From the NCBI RefSeq assembly GCF_006345805.1, contig NC_043004.1:54932001-54996000 (forward strand): a stretch of DNA of 64,000 bases. The letters run 5' to 3'. This document shows, one piece after another, positions 63,653 through 64,000 of the stretch. The notes under the pieces were generated by a model, which was not told where the DNA came from, made no database searches, and saw only the letters and a list, made by a program, of their open reading frames with translations. Both the position numbers and the translations under genes were made by a program. The DNA comes from Octopus sinensis. Taxonomy: Eukaryota. Every line of letters starts with the position of its first letter. Positions within the stretch are counted from its first letter, which is position 1.

Positions 63653-64000
63653 GGCACAGGAGTGGCTGTGTGGTAAGTAGCTTGTTTCCCAATCACATGG
63701 TTCCGGGTTCAGTCCCACTGCGTGGCACCTTGGATAAGTGTCTTCTACTATAGCCTTGGGCTGACCAAAGCCTTGTGAGTGGATTTGGTAGACGGAAACT
63801 GAAAGAAGTCCGTCGTATATATGTATATATATGTATGTGTGTGTGTTTGTGTGTCTGTGTTTGTCCCCCTAGCATTGCTTGACAACCGATGCTGGTGTGT
63901 TTATGTTCCCGTCACTTAGCGGTTCGGCAAAAAGAGACCGATAGAATAAGTACTGGGCTTACAAAGAATAAGTCCCAGGGTCGAGTTGCTCGATTAAAGG
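63653..64000 (+). mobile_element. SINE family A (tRNA head, CORE-like CACCTTGGGCAAGTG segment, internal (AT)n(GT)n, GTAAAAGA tail); representative copy
   Basis: A box TGGCTGTGTGGT and B box GGTTCAGTCCC. About 30 full or partial copies, e.g. - strand 1-205, 276-715, 6800-7200, 27660-28010, 28665-29068, 46265-46830, 57745-58131, 58705-59130, 59555-59975; + strand 8490-9125, 12990-13245, 19535-19660, 29460-29880, 34222-34460, 47200-47525, 48985-49220, 51478-51850, 55245-55770, 60135-60262. Confidence 0.9.

Overview
AT-rich, microsatellite- and transposon-dense eukaryotic DNA. The SINE families and (AT)n/(CAT)n load resemble an Octopus or other coleoid cephalopod genome; this is inference from recall, not a database search. 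The one host gene I can support is a TLC-domain membrane protein (TLCD4/TMEM56-like). Three coding exons lie on + (22378-22541, 37973-38062, 53110-53168; ~15 kb introns; splice phases join in frame). A matching terminal exon lies on the - strand (62221-61924), just past a 100-N gap, and two expected middle exons were not found. The rest is mobile DNA: two RTE-clade LINEs whose ORF has a C4HC3 PHD-like finger inserted after the RT core, many 5'-truncated RTE 3'-UTR copies, three or more tRNA-headed SINE families, decayed Tc1 (DD34E), maT (DD37D), mariner and hAT elements and MITEs, a small Helitron, and R4/Dong, BovB-like and CR1-like fragments. The main find is seven loci with type I hammerhead-ribozyme architecture, apparently from about six sequence families. 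Two have intact catalytic cores and lie sense in intron 2 (39802-39884, 41727-41832), one follows a tRNA-derived Pol III head, and three sit in long inverted repeats. Repeat boundaries are read by eye and approximate unless TSDs or TIRs are given.
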